Source: an uncultured Elusimicrobia bacterium (lineage in GTDB: Bacteria; Elusimicrobiota; Elusimicrobia; UBA1565). Taken from it: DNA of 64,000 bases. The translations under genes were made by a program, and so were the position numbers. Shown piece after piece: positions 25,905-34,726 of the stretch (positions are counted from its first letter, which is position 1; each line of letters starts with the position of its first letter). The notes beneath the pieces are model-generated. The model ran no database searches. It worked only from the letters and a program-made list of their open reading frames with translations, and was not told the DNA's origin. The DNA is taken from NCBI GenBank assembly GCA_964359165.1, contig CAYHRV010000001.1, forward strand, positions 28,080-92,079, in the 5' to 3' direction.

Positions 25905-28063
25905 TTGGAGAGAGCGTACCGGACGAACATGTCCTGCTCGGGACCCTCGGCGGCCTGCTCTCCGCCGCGGACCCGGATCTTGCGGAAGAGGCTCTCGACG
26001 TTGCTGACGCGCGTGACGATCTTGCTCAGGGCGTTCGTGTGCGTTCCGTAGCGCTTGAACTGGTCGTTGCGCGCGATGAGCTGCTCCCGGGTGTAGCCGA
26101 ATTCGTAGACGATGGGCTTCTCAGCGGCGAAGGCCGACAGCGGCGTCCCGCGCGGGGCTTTGCGCCACATCAGGATGTCGTAGGGGCTCTCCATCGAGAT
26201 CGGGGAGAGGTCGGCGTCGGGCTTCAGGAGCCCGTCGAGCCTCTTCCTGATGAACTCGCCGAGGGCCGAGAGCTCGGCGGCCGCCTTGCGGCGCGCCTCG
26301 GCGTCGGCGACGCGCTCGGAGTATATCTCGAGGCAGATCCGGTTGAGGAAATCGATCCAATCCCCGACACAGTAGGCGAGGCTGGCAGCCTTGTACTTGT
26401 AGATCAGGTTGCCGCCGGCCTCCCCTTTCAGCAGCTTCTCGTAGTTGTCGTCCTTTCGGTAGTGCGCGACGAGCTCGTCCTCGGACTCCCACAACTCGCC
26501 CTTCGTTTCGCCGAGATAGTCCTCCATCACCTTGCGCACGCTCGCGGGGGCGCGGTCGAGCGAGTCATAGAGGCGCATGATCAGGTCGAAGGTCTTGATC
26601 CCGCAGGCCTCGGCGTGGCGGAAGAACTCGTGGAACGGCCGGCTATTGTGCAGGATCTCGACCATCAGGCAGAGGCCGCGGATCCAGAGGTAGTCCTCGA
26701 ACGGCATGTCCTTGCTGGCGATCCCCGCCTCCTCGTAGTCGAAGACGCGCACGCCGTCGTACTGGCCGAAGTTCAGCGGGACGATCCGGAAGCGGCCCTG
26801 GTATTGGTGCTTGGCGCGGAATTCAGGCTCCTGGAACTCGGTTCCGTAGAGCAGCAGCAGGGTGTTCGAGCAGATGCTCGATACCTCGGCGTCGAGCATC
26901 TGCTCGATGCCGCGCGTGAAGGTCTTCTTGTTCTCGCCGGGCAGGCCGATGATGACCTCGCCCTTGGTCGCGCGGCCCTGGTCGTTGAGCTCGTGAGTGA
27001 CTGCCGCGTAGTGGTCGAGCTTGATGTTCTGCCGGTGGACGTTCTTGAGGACCTCGGGGTCCATCGACTGCACCGACATGTTGACCGAGAAAGTCGTGCC
27101 GAGCAGGCGCGTGATGTCGATCACGAGCTCCTTGTTGTTCTTGCCGGTCGTCGACATGATGTGGCGCGGCCAGCCGAACTCCTTCTGGGTCTTCAGGAAC
27201 TCCTCGCAGATCTCGCGGTCGCGCTGGTACATCGCGAAGTTCGTGTCGGCGATGTGCAGGTTCGTGATGCCGAGCTTGTGCATGCGCGGCGCGATGTAGT
27301 CGATCTCCGCCTTGATGCGGTCGAGCGAGAACTTGTTGACCTTGTTGAAGTAGCCGTTGCCGGTGTGGCAGAAGGTGCACAGGAACGGGCAGCCGCGGTT
27401 GGTCTCGAGGAAGGGCGTCAGGCGTCCGTCGAAGAATGTGTCGAGCATGCCGTTTAAGTAAGGCGACGGGATGTCGTCGAGCTCCCGGATGCGCGGAAGG
27501 CTCGGGCCCGTGACGAGGACCGGCTCGGGCGAGCGCCTCGTGTCCGGCACGAGGTAGACGAGTCCGGGGAGCAGGGTCCCGTCGAGGACGCTCTCGCGCA
27601 GGCGCGCGGCTCCGCCCTCGCGCTTGGCGAGGACCCGCCCCAGCAGCTCGGCGAAACTGGCCTCGGCCTCGAGCTCGACGTAGACGTCGGTGTTCGGGCG
27701 GCTCAGCAGGAAGCCGCGCTGCAGCGGCCCGCGGTGCGGGAAATTGGTCCCGCCCTGGACCGTGATGGTTTCGGGGCGGCGCTCCTTGGCGACGCCCGCG
27801 ACCCTCTCCGCGAGGCGGCTGTTCCACGAGTAGTTGCTCAGCGCGATCACGTCGGGTGGATCGGCCTTGATCGCGTCGATGGCGGTCTGCGGGTACTTGA
27901 ACAGCGAGACCTCGATCGCGTCACCATGGATCTTCTTCGCGTAGGAGCCGATGAAGCCGATGTTGATCGGGATAGTGTCCGCCACGAGGACGATTGTGTC
28001 GTGTGTGAGGTCGCAGAGGAAGACTCGAAGGGGGCGATGGGAGGCCATGGCGAAGCGACCCAT
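25901..28063 (-). CDS. B12-binding-domain (class B) radical SAM enzyme, 720 aa
   Basis: N-terminal cobalamin-domain-like segment (VFLCDL...DVIALSNYSWN). Radical SAM cluster motif RGCPFLCTFCH (CxxxCxxC). Confidence 0.85.
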   Translation of the reverse strand: MGRFAMASHRPLRVFLCDLTHDTIVLVADTIPINIGFIGSYAKKIHGDAIEVSLFKYPQTAIDAIKADPPDVIALSNYSWNSRLAERVAGVAKERRPETITVQGGTNFPHRGPLQRGFLLSRPNTDVYVELEAEASFAELLGRVLAKREGGAARLRESVLDGTLLPGLVYLVPDTRRSPEPVLVTGPSLPRIRELDDIPSPYLNGMLDTFFDGRLTPFLETNRGCPFLCTFCHTGNGYFNKVNKFSLDRIKAEIDYIAPRMHKLGITNLHIADTNFAMYQRDREICEEFLKTQKEFGWPRHIMSTTGKNNKELVIDITRLLGTTFSVNMSVQSMDPEVLKNVHRQNIKLDHYAAVTHELNDQGRATKGEVIIGLPGENKKTFTRGIEQMLDAEVSSICSNTLLLLYGTEFQEPEFRAKHQYQGRFRIVPLNFGQYDGVRVFDYEEAGIASKDMPFEDYLWIRGLCLMVEILHNSRPFHEFFRHAEACGIKTFDLIMRLYDSLDRAPASVRKVMEDYLGETKGELWESEDELVAHYRKDDNYEKLLKGEAGGNLIYKYKAASLAYCVGDWIDFLNRICLEIYSERVADAEARRKAAAELSALGEFIRKRLDGLLKPDADLSPISMESPYDILMWRKAPRGTPLSAFAAEKPIVYEFGYTREQLIARNDQFKRYGTHTNALSKIVTRVSNVESLFRKIRVRGGEQAAEGPEQDMFVRYALSN

Positions 28064-28073
28064 TATAGCATTC

Positions 28074-29123
28074 CTACGATGATGCTTCGATGATGCGGGC
28101 GATCCGGCGGGCGCTGTGGCGGTTGGCCGCCTTCAGGCGCTGAAAGCCCCGCAGGACCCGGGCCCGCGATGCCCGGTCGCCGAGGGCCCGCGCCAGGGCG
28201 GGACCGAGCTCGGAGCGGCTGCGGGCGAGGAAAGCCAGGCCTTCCCCGCACCAGGGCGGCGTCGCTTCGCCCGTGGACCCGATATGGCGGTCCAACCCCA
28301 AGCCGGGCAGTAGGATGAAAAGGCCCGGGACGCCCGCGTACCCGGCCTCGACCGCCAAGGTCGAGAACTGGGTGCCCACGAGGTCGGCGGCTCGCGCCAA
28401 GGCGATTGGGTCGCTCTCGGCGGTGACATCGATGACCTTGATGCCGGGGGTCCTGACCGCGTCGGCCGGAGTGTAGGGGTGCGAGCGGTAGAGCAGCGTC
28501 GCCCGATGCTTCCGGAGATGGGGGAGCAGAGCCTTGAGGGTCCCGGCATTCCCCATCCGGTTGGGCTGCCCCGCCCACAGGACCGCCGGCTCGTCGCCGA
28601 TCCCGAGGCGGGCCCTGAGGGCCGTTCGCTCGGCGCGCGTCGGCGGGGACTGGACGCAGGCGTAGCGCGGGTTCCCCGTGACATGTACCGAGGAGGGCCT
28701 CAGCCCCCGCCTGAGGTGGAGAGCCTTGGCGCTCGGGAACTCCACGAAAAGGCCGTCCGCGCGCGGCTGATCCGGAGTGTAGTTGCCGGGATAATCCTCG
28801 ATCGCGTAGACCGGCAGGCCGGCCTTTGCCGCCGCCGTCGAGAGCCGTGTTTCGAGGTTGTCGCGGACGGGGGTCTTGGAGACGCCCCGCACGAGGGCCC
28901 GATACCCGCCGCGCCGGAGGAAGTCGAGGCACCCTGCCGCGCCGCTCAGGGCGGGGCTCGGGTGCAGGAAGGGCAGCCCATGGCGGCGCCGCTCCTTGGC
29001 CGCCTCCCCGTCGAGAAGGAAGGCGCAGGCCGAGGCGCCGAATTCCCGTTCCAGGGGAGCGAGCCCGATGTAGGGGCCCCGATAGAGCGCGACCAGGAGG
29101 TAGCGGGGGCCTCGCGCGCTCAT
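28074..29123 (-). CDS. Uncharacterised GT-B-like protein (candidate CMP-sugar-dependent transferase)
   Basis: LLYRSHPYT followed by AVEAGYAGVPGLFIL. ATGA overlap with the sulfotransferase-like gene. Confidence 0.45.
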   Translation of the reverse strand: MSARGPRYLLVALYRGPYIGLAPLEREFGASACAFLLDGEAAKERRRHGLPFLHPSPALSGAAGCLDFLRRGGYRALVRGVSKTPVRDNLETRLSTAAAKAGLPVYAIEDYPGNYTPDQPRADGLFVEFPSAKALHLRRGLRPSSVHVTGNPRYACVQSPPTRAERTALRARLGIGDEPAVLWAGQPNRMGNAGTLKALLPHLRKHRATLLYRSHPYTPADAVRTPGIKVIDVTAESDPIALARAADLVGTQFSTLAVEAGYAGVPGLFILLPGLGLDRHIGSTGEATPPWCGEGLAFLARSRSELGPALARALGDRASRARVLRGFQRLKAANRHSARRIARIIEASS

Positions 29124-30145
29124 CCCAACATCTCGGCCGCCAGCGGCGGGTAGCCCAGGCGCTCCTGCAGCCGGCTGGCTTGACGCAGGAGGCTCGACGG
29201 GACGCCGGACCAGTCCGCAGGCGCAAGCGGCTCGCGCGGCCTGGCCGGAATCTCACGGGCGAGCTGCCGGGTCCGCGCTGTCGGCGAGGCGCCGAGCAAG
29301 CGCCCGAAGCGGGACGCCGCCGCCAGAGGGTCCATGGCGAACGATTCGTAGTCGAGCCTCCAATAGTCGCCGGCGCGCGCCCTGGGCAGCCTCTCGCTTG
29401 CCTCCAAGCCGCCCCGATGCATCATCAGCCAGTAGAAGAGCCGACGGCCGAGGACGGGCAAGGCGAGGAATTCCCGGGTCCTGCCGCGCGGGACCCACCA
29501 GGGGATCGCGAGCGTCGGGCGCCCCGGCCCCGGCTTGAAATCATAATGAAGGTCGTTCTCCCAGGGTTTCTTTAGCTGGGCATCGGTCAAGAGCGCTGAG
29601 CGCCGGACCCAATCCCTGTCCAGCACGACGGGGAGGGCCTGCCGCACCATGTGGATGATCAGGGCCTGGGGCAACGCAGCCTTCAGGAAGTCGAGGCAAG
29701 GGTCCGTCTGGGTGACGGAAATGACGAGCACGGAGCGGTTTTTCTCGACGTGCCTGACCACGTCCGAGCGGCTCTTGAGGCCGTTGAGCCTGCGCGCGAT
29801 CTCGCCGCGGCTCTTGAAGCGCCAGATGCTCGACCAGTCCGAGCGCCTGAAGTTGGCGTTGCGCAGCAGTATCCTGTCGTTGAAGGACTCCTCGATGAAG
29901 GCCTGCAGCATCGTGGCCGCCGCGGGACGGCCGATCAGGCCCGCCTTCTGCATGACCGGCAGGGCCAGGGCGGTCCAGGGCTCCTCGATGAATTCGACGC
30001 TGCGCATCGACCCAAGCAACAGGCCCAGGGTCGTCTTGCCGGTGCGGCAGGCGCCGGTGATGAAGACGAGCCGCGGGACCTTCAGGCGCGAGAAGGCATG
30101 GAAGTGGTGGCGCGGCCGCGGGGAGCCGCGGCCGTCAGCGGCCAT
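29120..30145 (-). CDS. Sulfotransferase-like P-loop protein
   Basis: 5'-PSB-like loop FITGACRTGKTTLG. HMVRQALPVVLD fits a 3'-PB region. C-terminal RLDYESFAMDPLAAASRFGRLLG resembles the YEDL..dP....FLG tail of bacterial sulfotransferases. Confidence 0.6.
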   Translation of the reverse strand: MAADGRGSPRPRHHFHAFSRLKVPRLVFITGACRTGKTTLGLLLGSMRSVEFIEEPWTALALPVMQKAGLIGRPAAATMLQAFIEESFNDRILLRNANFRRSDWSSIWRFKSRGEIARRLNGLKSRSDVVRHVEKNRSVLVISVTQTDPCLDFLKAALPQALIIHMVRQALPVVLDRDWVRRSALLTDAQLKKPWENDLHYDFKPGPGRPTLAIPWWVPRGRTREFLALPVLGRRLFYWLMMHRGGLEASERLPRARAGDYWRLDYESFAMDPLAAASRFGRLLGASPTARTRQLAREIPARPREPLAPADWSGVPSSLLRQASRLQERLGYPPLAAEMLG

Positions 30146-30977
30146 GCGGGCCCCCGAGGCGCTCGTAGAGGTGGTTGCGCGAGACGAATCCGCCGCGCTT
30201 TATGGACCACTCGCTCTTCGCCGAGAGCTCGAAGCCCCGGCGGCCCAGCAAGCCGTCGCTCGAGGGGGCCGCGCCTTCGCGATGCGTGACCTCGACGAGC
30301 ACACCGCGCAGGGAAGGGCCGGCCAGGGTCGAACGGGCGCCCTCCAGGATGCGGTCCTCGAGACCGTCCACGTCGATCTTCAGCAGGGTCGGGGACGCGA
30401 GGCCGGCGCGGGCGACGAGGCCGTCGATCGTGGCGGCCAGGACCCCCTGGACGAGCCGCTGGGCGGCCGCGGCCGGCTGGTCGGGGTTGAAGCTCCCGAT
30501 CGAGTGGAAGGCGGAGCCCGCCTCCAGGTCGCTGACGAAGAAGCGCTCGAAGGCTTCTTTGTCCGAGAGCGGGAAATTGCAGGGAGTCACGTTCTCGAGG
30601 CCGTTGAGCGCGAGGTTGCGGCAGAGGCGGGAGAAGTTCTGCGCGGCCGGCTCGAAGGCGTAGACGCGGCAGCCGGGCTGACGCTTGGCGGCGTAGAGGG
30701 AGTAGACTCCGATATTTGAGCCCACGTCGAAAAGGACGTCGCCGTCGCGGAGGTTCTTGTCGAGCCAGTCCAGGGTCTCGGGCTCCTTCGAGGCGTAGGT
30801 CTCCGCCCGGTATTGCTCGATCTCGGAGGAGACCCCGAGCAGGATCTCGGTCCCGCGGACGCGGCAGCGGACCTTGTCTCCTCCGAGGAGTCGGCGCAGG
30901 CGGCGCACGCCGAGGCGCGAGCCGCGGTATAGGCTTTTGGCCCAGGAGGGGGCGGCGTCCTTCAGGGAGACGGTCAT
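30135..30977 (-). CDS. FkbM-family methyltransferase
   Basis: LFDVGSNIGVYSL and LLKIDVDGLEDRIL motifs. Confidence 0.8.
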   Translation of the reverse strand: MTVSLKDAAPSWAKSLYRGSRLGVRRLRRLLGGDKVRCRVRGTEILLGVSSEIEQYRAETYASKEPETLDWLDKNLRDGDVLFDVGSNIGVYSLYAAKRQPGCRVYAFEPAAQNFSRLCRNLALNGLENVTPCNFPLSDKEAFERFFVSDLEAGSAFHSIGSFNPDQPAAAAQRLVQGVLAATIDGLVARAGLASPTLLKIDVDGLEDRILEGARSTLAGPSLRGVLVEVTHREGAAPSSDGLLGRRGFELSAKSEWSIKRGGFVSRNHLYERLGGPHGR

Positions 30978-31017
30978 GTCAGCAGTGCATCGCCGAGACC
31001 GTCCCGTTGGCGCGCGT

Positions 31018-32133
31018 TCATCGCGGCTTGGGTCGTCCCGCGTCAGGCCCCGCGTCCTGCCAGGCCTTGACCTGCCGGCGGGCCTTCTTATAGTCGCCGT
31101 GCTGGCCGATGTCGAGCCAATACTCGCGGATCGGGAAGCTGGCGACCTTGTGGCCGCTGCGGATCAGGGAGGCGATGAGGTCCGTCATGTCCGAGCGCTG
31201 CCCCTTGGGGATGTAGCGCGTCATCGCCGGCTCGAGGAGGTAGATGCCGGCCCCGACGAAGAACTCAAGGGTCGGCTTCTCGGTGATTGCGCGCACGAAG
31301 GAGCCGTCGCATTCGATGACCCCGTAGGGGACCTTGATGTCGTATTGGCTGACCGCCACGGTGAGATCGGCGCCTAGCTCCTTGTGGTAGGCGTGCATGG
31401 CCCGGAAATCCATCTGCGTCAGGATGTCGCCGTTGATGACCAGGATCGTCTCGTCGGAGGGGGCCATCAAGCCCAGGGCCCCCGCAGTCCCGAGCGGCCG
31501 GTCCTCGTCGAGATAGTTGAGGTCGAGGCCCAGCTCCTTGCCGTCCCCGAAGTACTCGACGATCTTGTCTTTGTGGTGATGGGTGCTGACGTGCACCTGC
31601 TTGATCCCGGCGTCACGGAGCTGCTCGAGGATGATCTCCATCAACGGCTGGTCGCCGACATCGAGCATCGGCTTGGGGGTGTCCTTCGTCAGGGGCAGCA
31701 GGCGGCTCCCCTTGCCCCCCGCCATCACGACGGCGCGCAGGCCGAGGGCGTGGTCCGGCACCAACTCGTTGAGGAAGACGAGGCCGACGACACGCTGCTC
31801 CTTGTCGAGGAGCGGGAGGTGGAGGAGCTTGTGCTCCTTCAGGAGCTTGCGGCAGGCGTCCCGGCTCGCCGTCGCTGGGGCGCTCAGCGGCCGCGCGAGG
31901 GGGGTCCCTTCCTTGCGGGCGAGCAGCACCGAGATCGGCCCATCTAGGTCGATCCGGGCCAGAAGAGCCCGCCGCATGTCGCCGTCGGTCACGGTGCCGA
32001 GCAGCCGCCTCTCGCCGTCCACGACCAGGACGATGCCCTGGCGGGTCCGGTCCATCTGGGCGACGGCCTCGCGGATCGGGCAACCCGGCTCCACGCAGAC
32101 CGTCGAGAAATCGAAGGGCTTCTTGGCGGTCAT
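31018..32133 (-). CDS. CBS-pair plus sugar-phosphate nucleotidyltransferase (PtmE-like, legionaminic-acid-pathway type)
   Basis: N-terminal CBS pair, then VVMAGGKGSRLLPLT nucleotidyltransferase signature. Confidence 0.8.
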   Translation of the reverse strand: MTAKKPFDFSTVCVEPGCPIREAVAQMDRTRQGIVLVVDGERRLLGTVTDGDMRRALLARIDLDGPISVLLARKEGTPLARPLSAPATASRDACRKLLKEHKLLHLPLLDKEQRVVGLVFLNELVPDHALGLRAVVMAGGKGSRLLPLTKDTPKPMLDVGDQPLMEIILEQLRDAGIKQVHVSTHHHKDKIVEYFGDGKELGLDLNYLDEDRPLGTAGALGLMAPSDETILVINGDILTQMDFRAMHAYHKELGADLTVAVSQYDIKVPYGVIECDGSFVRAITEKPTLEFFVGAGIYLLEPAMTRYIPKGQRSDMTDLIASLIRSGHKVASFPIREYWLDIGQHGDYKKARRQVKAWQDAGPDAGRPKPR

Positions 32134-33176
32134 GCCAGCATCTCGAGGCGGAGCAGGCTGCCGGCGGGGATGTCCCGCCGCGCCACGCGGCCGATGAGCT
32201 TGGCGCGCATCGCCGGAGGGAGTCCGGTCCCGGGGCGCTTGAGCGCGATCAGCTCCTCGCGCAGGCGGCTGCCGGCGGGGATCAATCGCGCGGCGACCAG
32301 GCTTTTGCGCGCGACGCGCGCCGTCTCCCGCTCGCCCCGGACCGGCTCCTTGCGCCCGTGACCGAGGGAGCTTTCAACGATGCGCACGCCGCGGACGAGC
32401 GCCGCGAGCTCGCCGGGCTCGAGCGAGCAGGCGTGGTCGGGCCCCGGCAGGCCGCGGTCCAGGGTGAAGTGCTTCTCGATCAGGCAGGCGCCCAGGGCCG
32501 CGGCGGCCAGCGAGACCTCGATGCCGGGCGTATGGTCCGAGAAGCCGACCGGCCTGCCGAAGGCGGAGGCGAGCGTCGCCATGGCCCTCAGGTTGGCCTC
32601 CCGGGGGGGGGCAGGATAGCGGCTGACGCAGTGGAGCAGGACGAGGGGAGGGTCCCCCGCCTTCTCGATCGCGCGGACGGCGTCGCCGACCTCCCTAAGG
32701 TCGGCCATCCCCGTCGAGAGGATGACCGGGCGGCCTTTGCGGGCGATGTGCGCGAGCAGCGGGAGGTTGGTGATCTCGCCGGAGGGGACCTTAAAGGCGG
32801 CGACGCCGAGGCGCTCGAGTAGGTCGGCGCTCTGCTCGTCGAACGGGGTCGAGAGGAAGAGGATCGAGCGCCGGCGGCAGCGTTCGTGGAGCCGCCGGTG
32901 GGCGGCCTCGTCGAGTTCGAGGCCGCGCAGCATCTCGAGCATCGACTGCCCGCGGGGCGAGCCCTTGCGCTGGTAGGCGGCCTTCGGGGCGCCGGCCGTG
33001 GCGATCCGATCCGCCGAGAAGGTCTGGAACTTGACCGCGTCAGCCTCGGCGCGGGCCGCGGCGTCCACGAGCCGCAAGGCGTTCCGGGTCTGCCCATTGT
33101 GGTTGACGCCGGCCTCGGCGACGATCAGGCAGGGCCATCCGGGGCCGATCTCGCGTCCCGCGATGTTGATAGTCAC
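32130..33176 (-). CDS. neuB: N-acetylneuraminate/legionaminate synthase family (NeuB)
   Basis: GTG start. LIVAEAGVNHNG signature and a C-terminal SAF/antifreeze-like domain. Confidence 0.9.
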   Translation of the reverse strand: MTINIAGREIGPGWPCLIVAEAGVNHNGQTRNALRLVDAAARAEADAVKFQTFSADRIATAGAPKAAYQRKGSPRGQSMLEMLRGLELDEAAHRRLHERCRRRSILFLSTPFDEQSADLLERLGVAAFKVPSGEITNLPLLAHIARKGRPVILSTGMADLREVGDAVRAIEKAGDPPLVLLHCVSRYPAPPREANLRAMATLASAFGRPVGFSDHTPGIEVSLAAAALGACLIEKHFTLDRGLPGPDHACSLEPGELAALVRGVRIVESSLGHGRKEPVRGERETARVARKSLVAARLIPAGSRLREELIALKRPGTGLPPAMRAKLIGRVARRDIPAGSLLRLEMLA

Positions 33177-33225
33177 GCTGTCCGGCCCGAAAGTCTAATA
33201 GAGGCAGCCATCTTGTTCACTAAGC

Positions 33226-33240
33226 GTTCAAGATTTGAAC
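33226..33240. promoter_or_regulatory. Palindrome GTTCAA-gat-TTGAAC (candidate operator) in the neuC-neuB gap
   Basis: Perfect 6+6 inverted repeat, 50 nt upstream of the neuB GTG. Confidence 0.35.
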
Positions 33241-33335
33241 AATCTTTGGACATTTATCGGGGAGGGCGACTGTTAGGCCGCGGAGGCGATCCTTACCGAC
33301 GGCGGGACTCGGGTGGGATTTTGACATTGTTAAGT

Positions 33336-33344
33336 ATTATATCA
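33336..33344 (-). promoter_or_regulatory. Extended -10 element TGATATAAT (internal promoter for the neuB block)
   Basis: Read on the minus strand inside a 326-bp non-coding gap. Confidence 0.3.
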
Positions 33345-33502
33345 TGCCTCGATGCCCCCCCGGCGGCGTCGCGTGAGGTGGAACGCTGTCCGCGTCACGG
33401 GACTCATTTTGGTCTTGGCACCTCCGTTGCGCACAGCGGAGCCATCCGGCGGCCCCGCGCCCGAGACCTGGAACTGGCGCTGGGTCGCGGCGGGGGGCGG
33501 GG

Positions 33503-34681
33503 TCAGCGCGGCAGGTCGTGGAAGCGTTTTTTTAGAAGGTCTTTCCCCAGGGGCGTCCGCTTGAGGGTTTCGACAATCCTCCGGCACGCGTCTCGACCCG
33601 CGTAGGGGTTCTGAAGGCTCCGCAGTCGCCCGCGGAAAGCGGGCGAGAGAGCGCGGCGAAGCGCCGCGGCGATCGCCCCGGCCTCGGTCCGCCGGACGTC
33701 GATCACGTTGGCGGCCCGCAGGCGTCCGTCCTGCCGGTCCCCGACGTTGACCGCGGGCAGGCCGAAGGAGGGGGCTTCGAGAAGGCCGCTCGAGGAGTTG
33801 CCCGCCATCACCGCGGCGTGCCGCAGGAGCGAGAGGTAGCGCGTGCGGCCCAGAGAGCTGAACACGCGGAATCGGTCGGGGTCCCGCCTCGCGGCGGCTC
33901 GGAGGTTGCGGACGATCGCCAGGCTGTCGGGATCGGCATTGGGTAGGGTGCAGGCCCAAACGACGCCCGGGACCGCGGACATCGCGCCGATCATCGCGGC
34001 GCTCTCGCGGGAGGCGGTCCGCGCGCTGAGGGTCGCCGGGTTGTAGGTCATCACCCCCCATGGGCGGCTGAGCGGCAGGCCCAGCCCCCGCGCGAGCTCG
34101 TCGCGGCCCAGCGACGCGGCGGTCCTGACATCGTCGAGCCCAGGGGCGCCGAAGGCGAACACGCGGCGGGGATCCTCTCCCATCTGGATGACTCGCCGCC
34201 GGAACGCGGCGGTGGCGGTGAAGTGCAGGTGGCTGAGCTTGGTGACGCTGTGGCGTATCTGCTCATCGATGGCGCCCTCGGTGGACTCGCCGCCGTGGAT
34301 GTGCGCGATCGGAAGGCGGAAGGGCACGGCCGCCGCCGCCGCCGCCAGGACCTCGTAGCGGTCCCCGAGCAGCAGCAGGAGGTCGGGCTCGAGGCGCGCG
34401 AAGGCCCGCGCGCAGCCCGCCGTGATGCGGGCCATGGATGCCGACACCGCGGCCTCCGAGTCGGAGGAGAGGCCCGAAGGGATGCGGGCGGCTATCGGGA
34501 AGCCGTCGGCCTCGATCTCGCGCACCGTCCGCCCGAAGGCCGGCAGAAGGTGCTTGCCCGTGACCAGCAACTGCAGGCGCAGGGAGCGGGCGGAGAGGAT
34601 CAGGCGCAGGATCGGCGATAGGAGGCCGTATTCGGCCCGGGTCCCGGTGACGACCGCTATGCGACGGGGCCTGCGCTTCAT
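33503..34681 (-). CDS. neuC: Hydrolysing nucleotide-sugar 2-epimerase (NeuC family)
   Basis: IAVVTGTRAEYGLL and IAHIHGGE motifs. Confidence 0.85.
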   Translation of the reverse strand: MKRRPRRIAVVTGTRAEYGLLSPILRLILSARSLRLQLLVTGKHLLPAFGRTVREIEADGFPIAARIPSGLSSDSEAAVSASMARITAGCARAFARLEPDLLLLLGDRYEVLAAAAAAVPFRLPIAHIHGGESTEGAIDEQIRHSVTKLSHLHFTATAAFRRRVIQMGEDPRRVFAFGAPGLDDVRTAASLGRDELARGLGLPLSRPWGVMTYNPATLSARTASRESAAMIGAMSAVPGVVWACTLPNADPDSLAIVRNLRAAARRDPDRFRVFSSLGRTRYLSLLRHAAVMAGNSSSGLLEAPSFGLPAVNVGDRQDGRLRAANVIDVRRTEAGAIAAALRRALSPAFRGRLRSLQNPYAGRDACRRIVETLKRTPLGKDLLKKRFHDLPR

Positions 34682-34726
34682 GGGAATATCCCGTTATGCT
34701 ATCATTATCATCGTGGGAAACGCCAA

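Noticed and set aside
33352-33564. 70-aa plus-strand ORF in the neuC-neuB gap
   Set aside because: It is Arg/Pro-rich, overlaps the neuC 3' end antisense, and has no SD or motif, so it is probably spurious.
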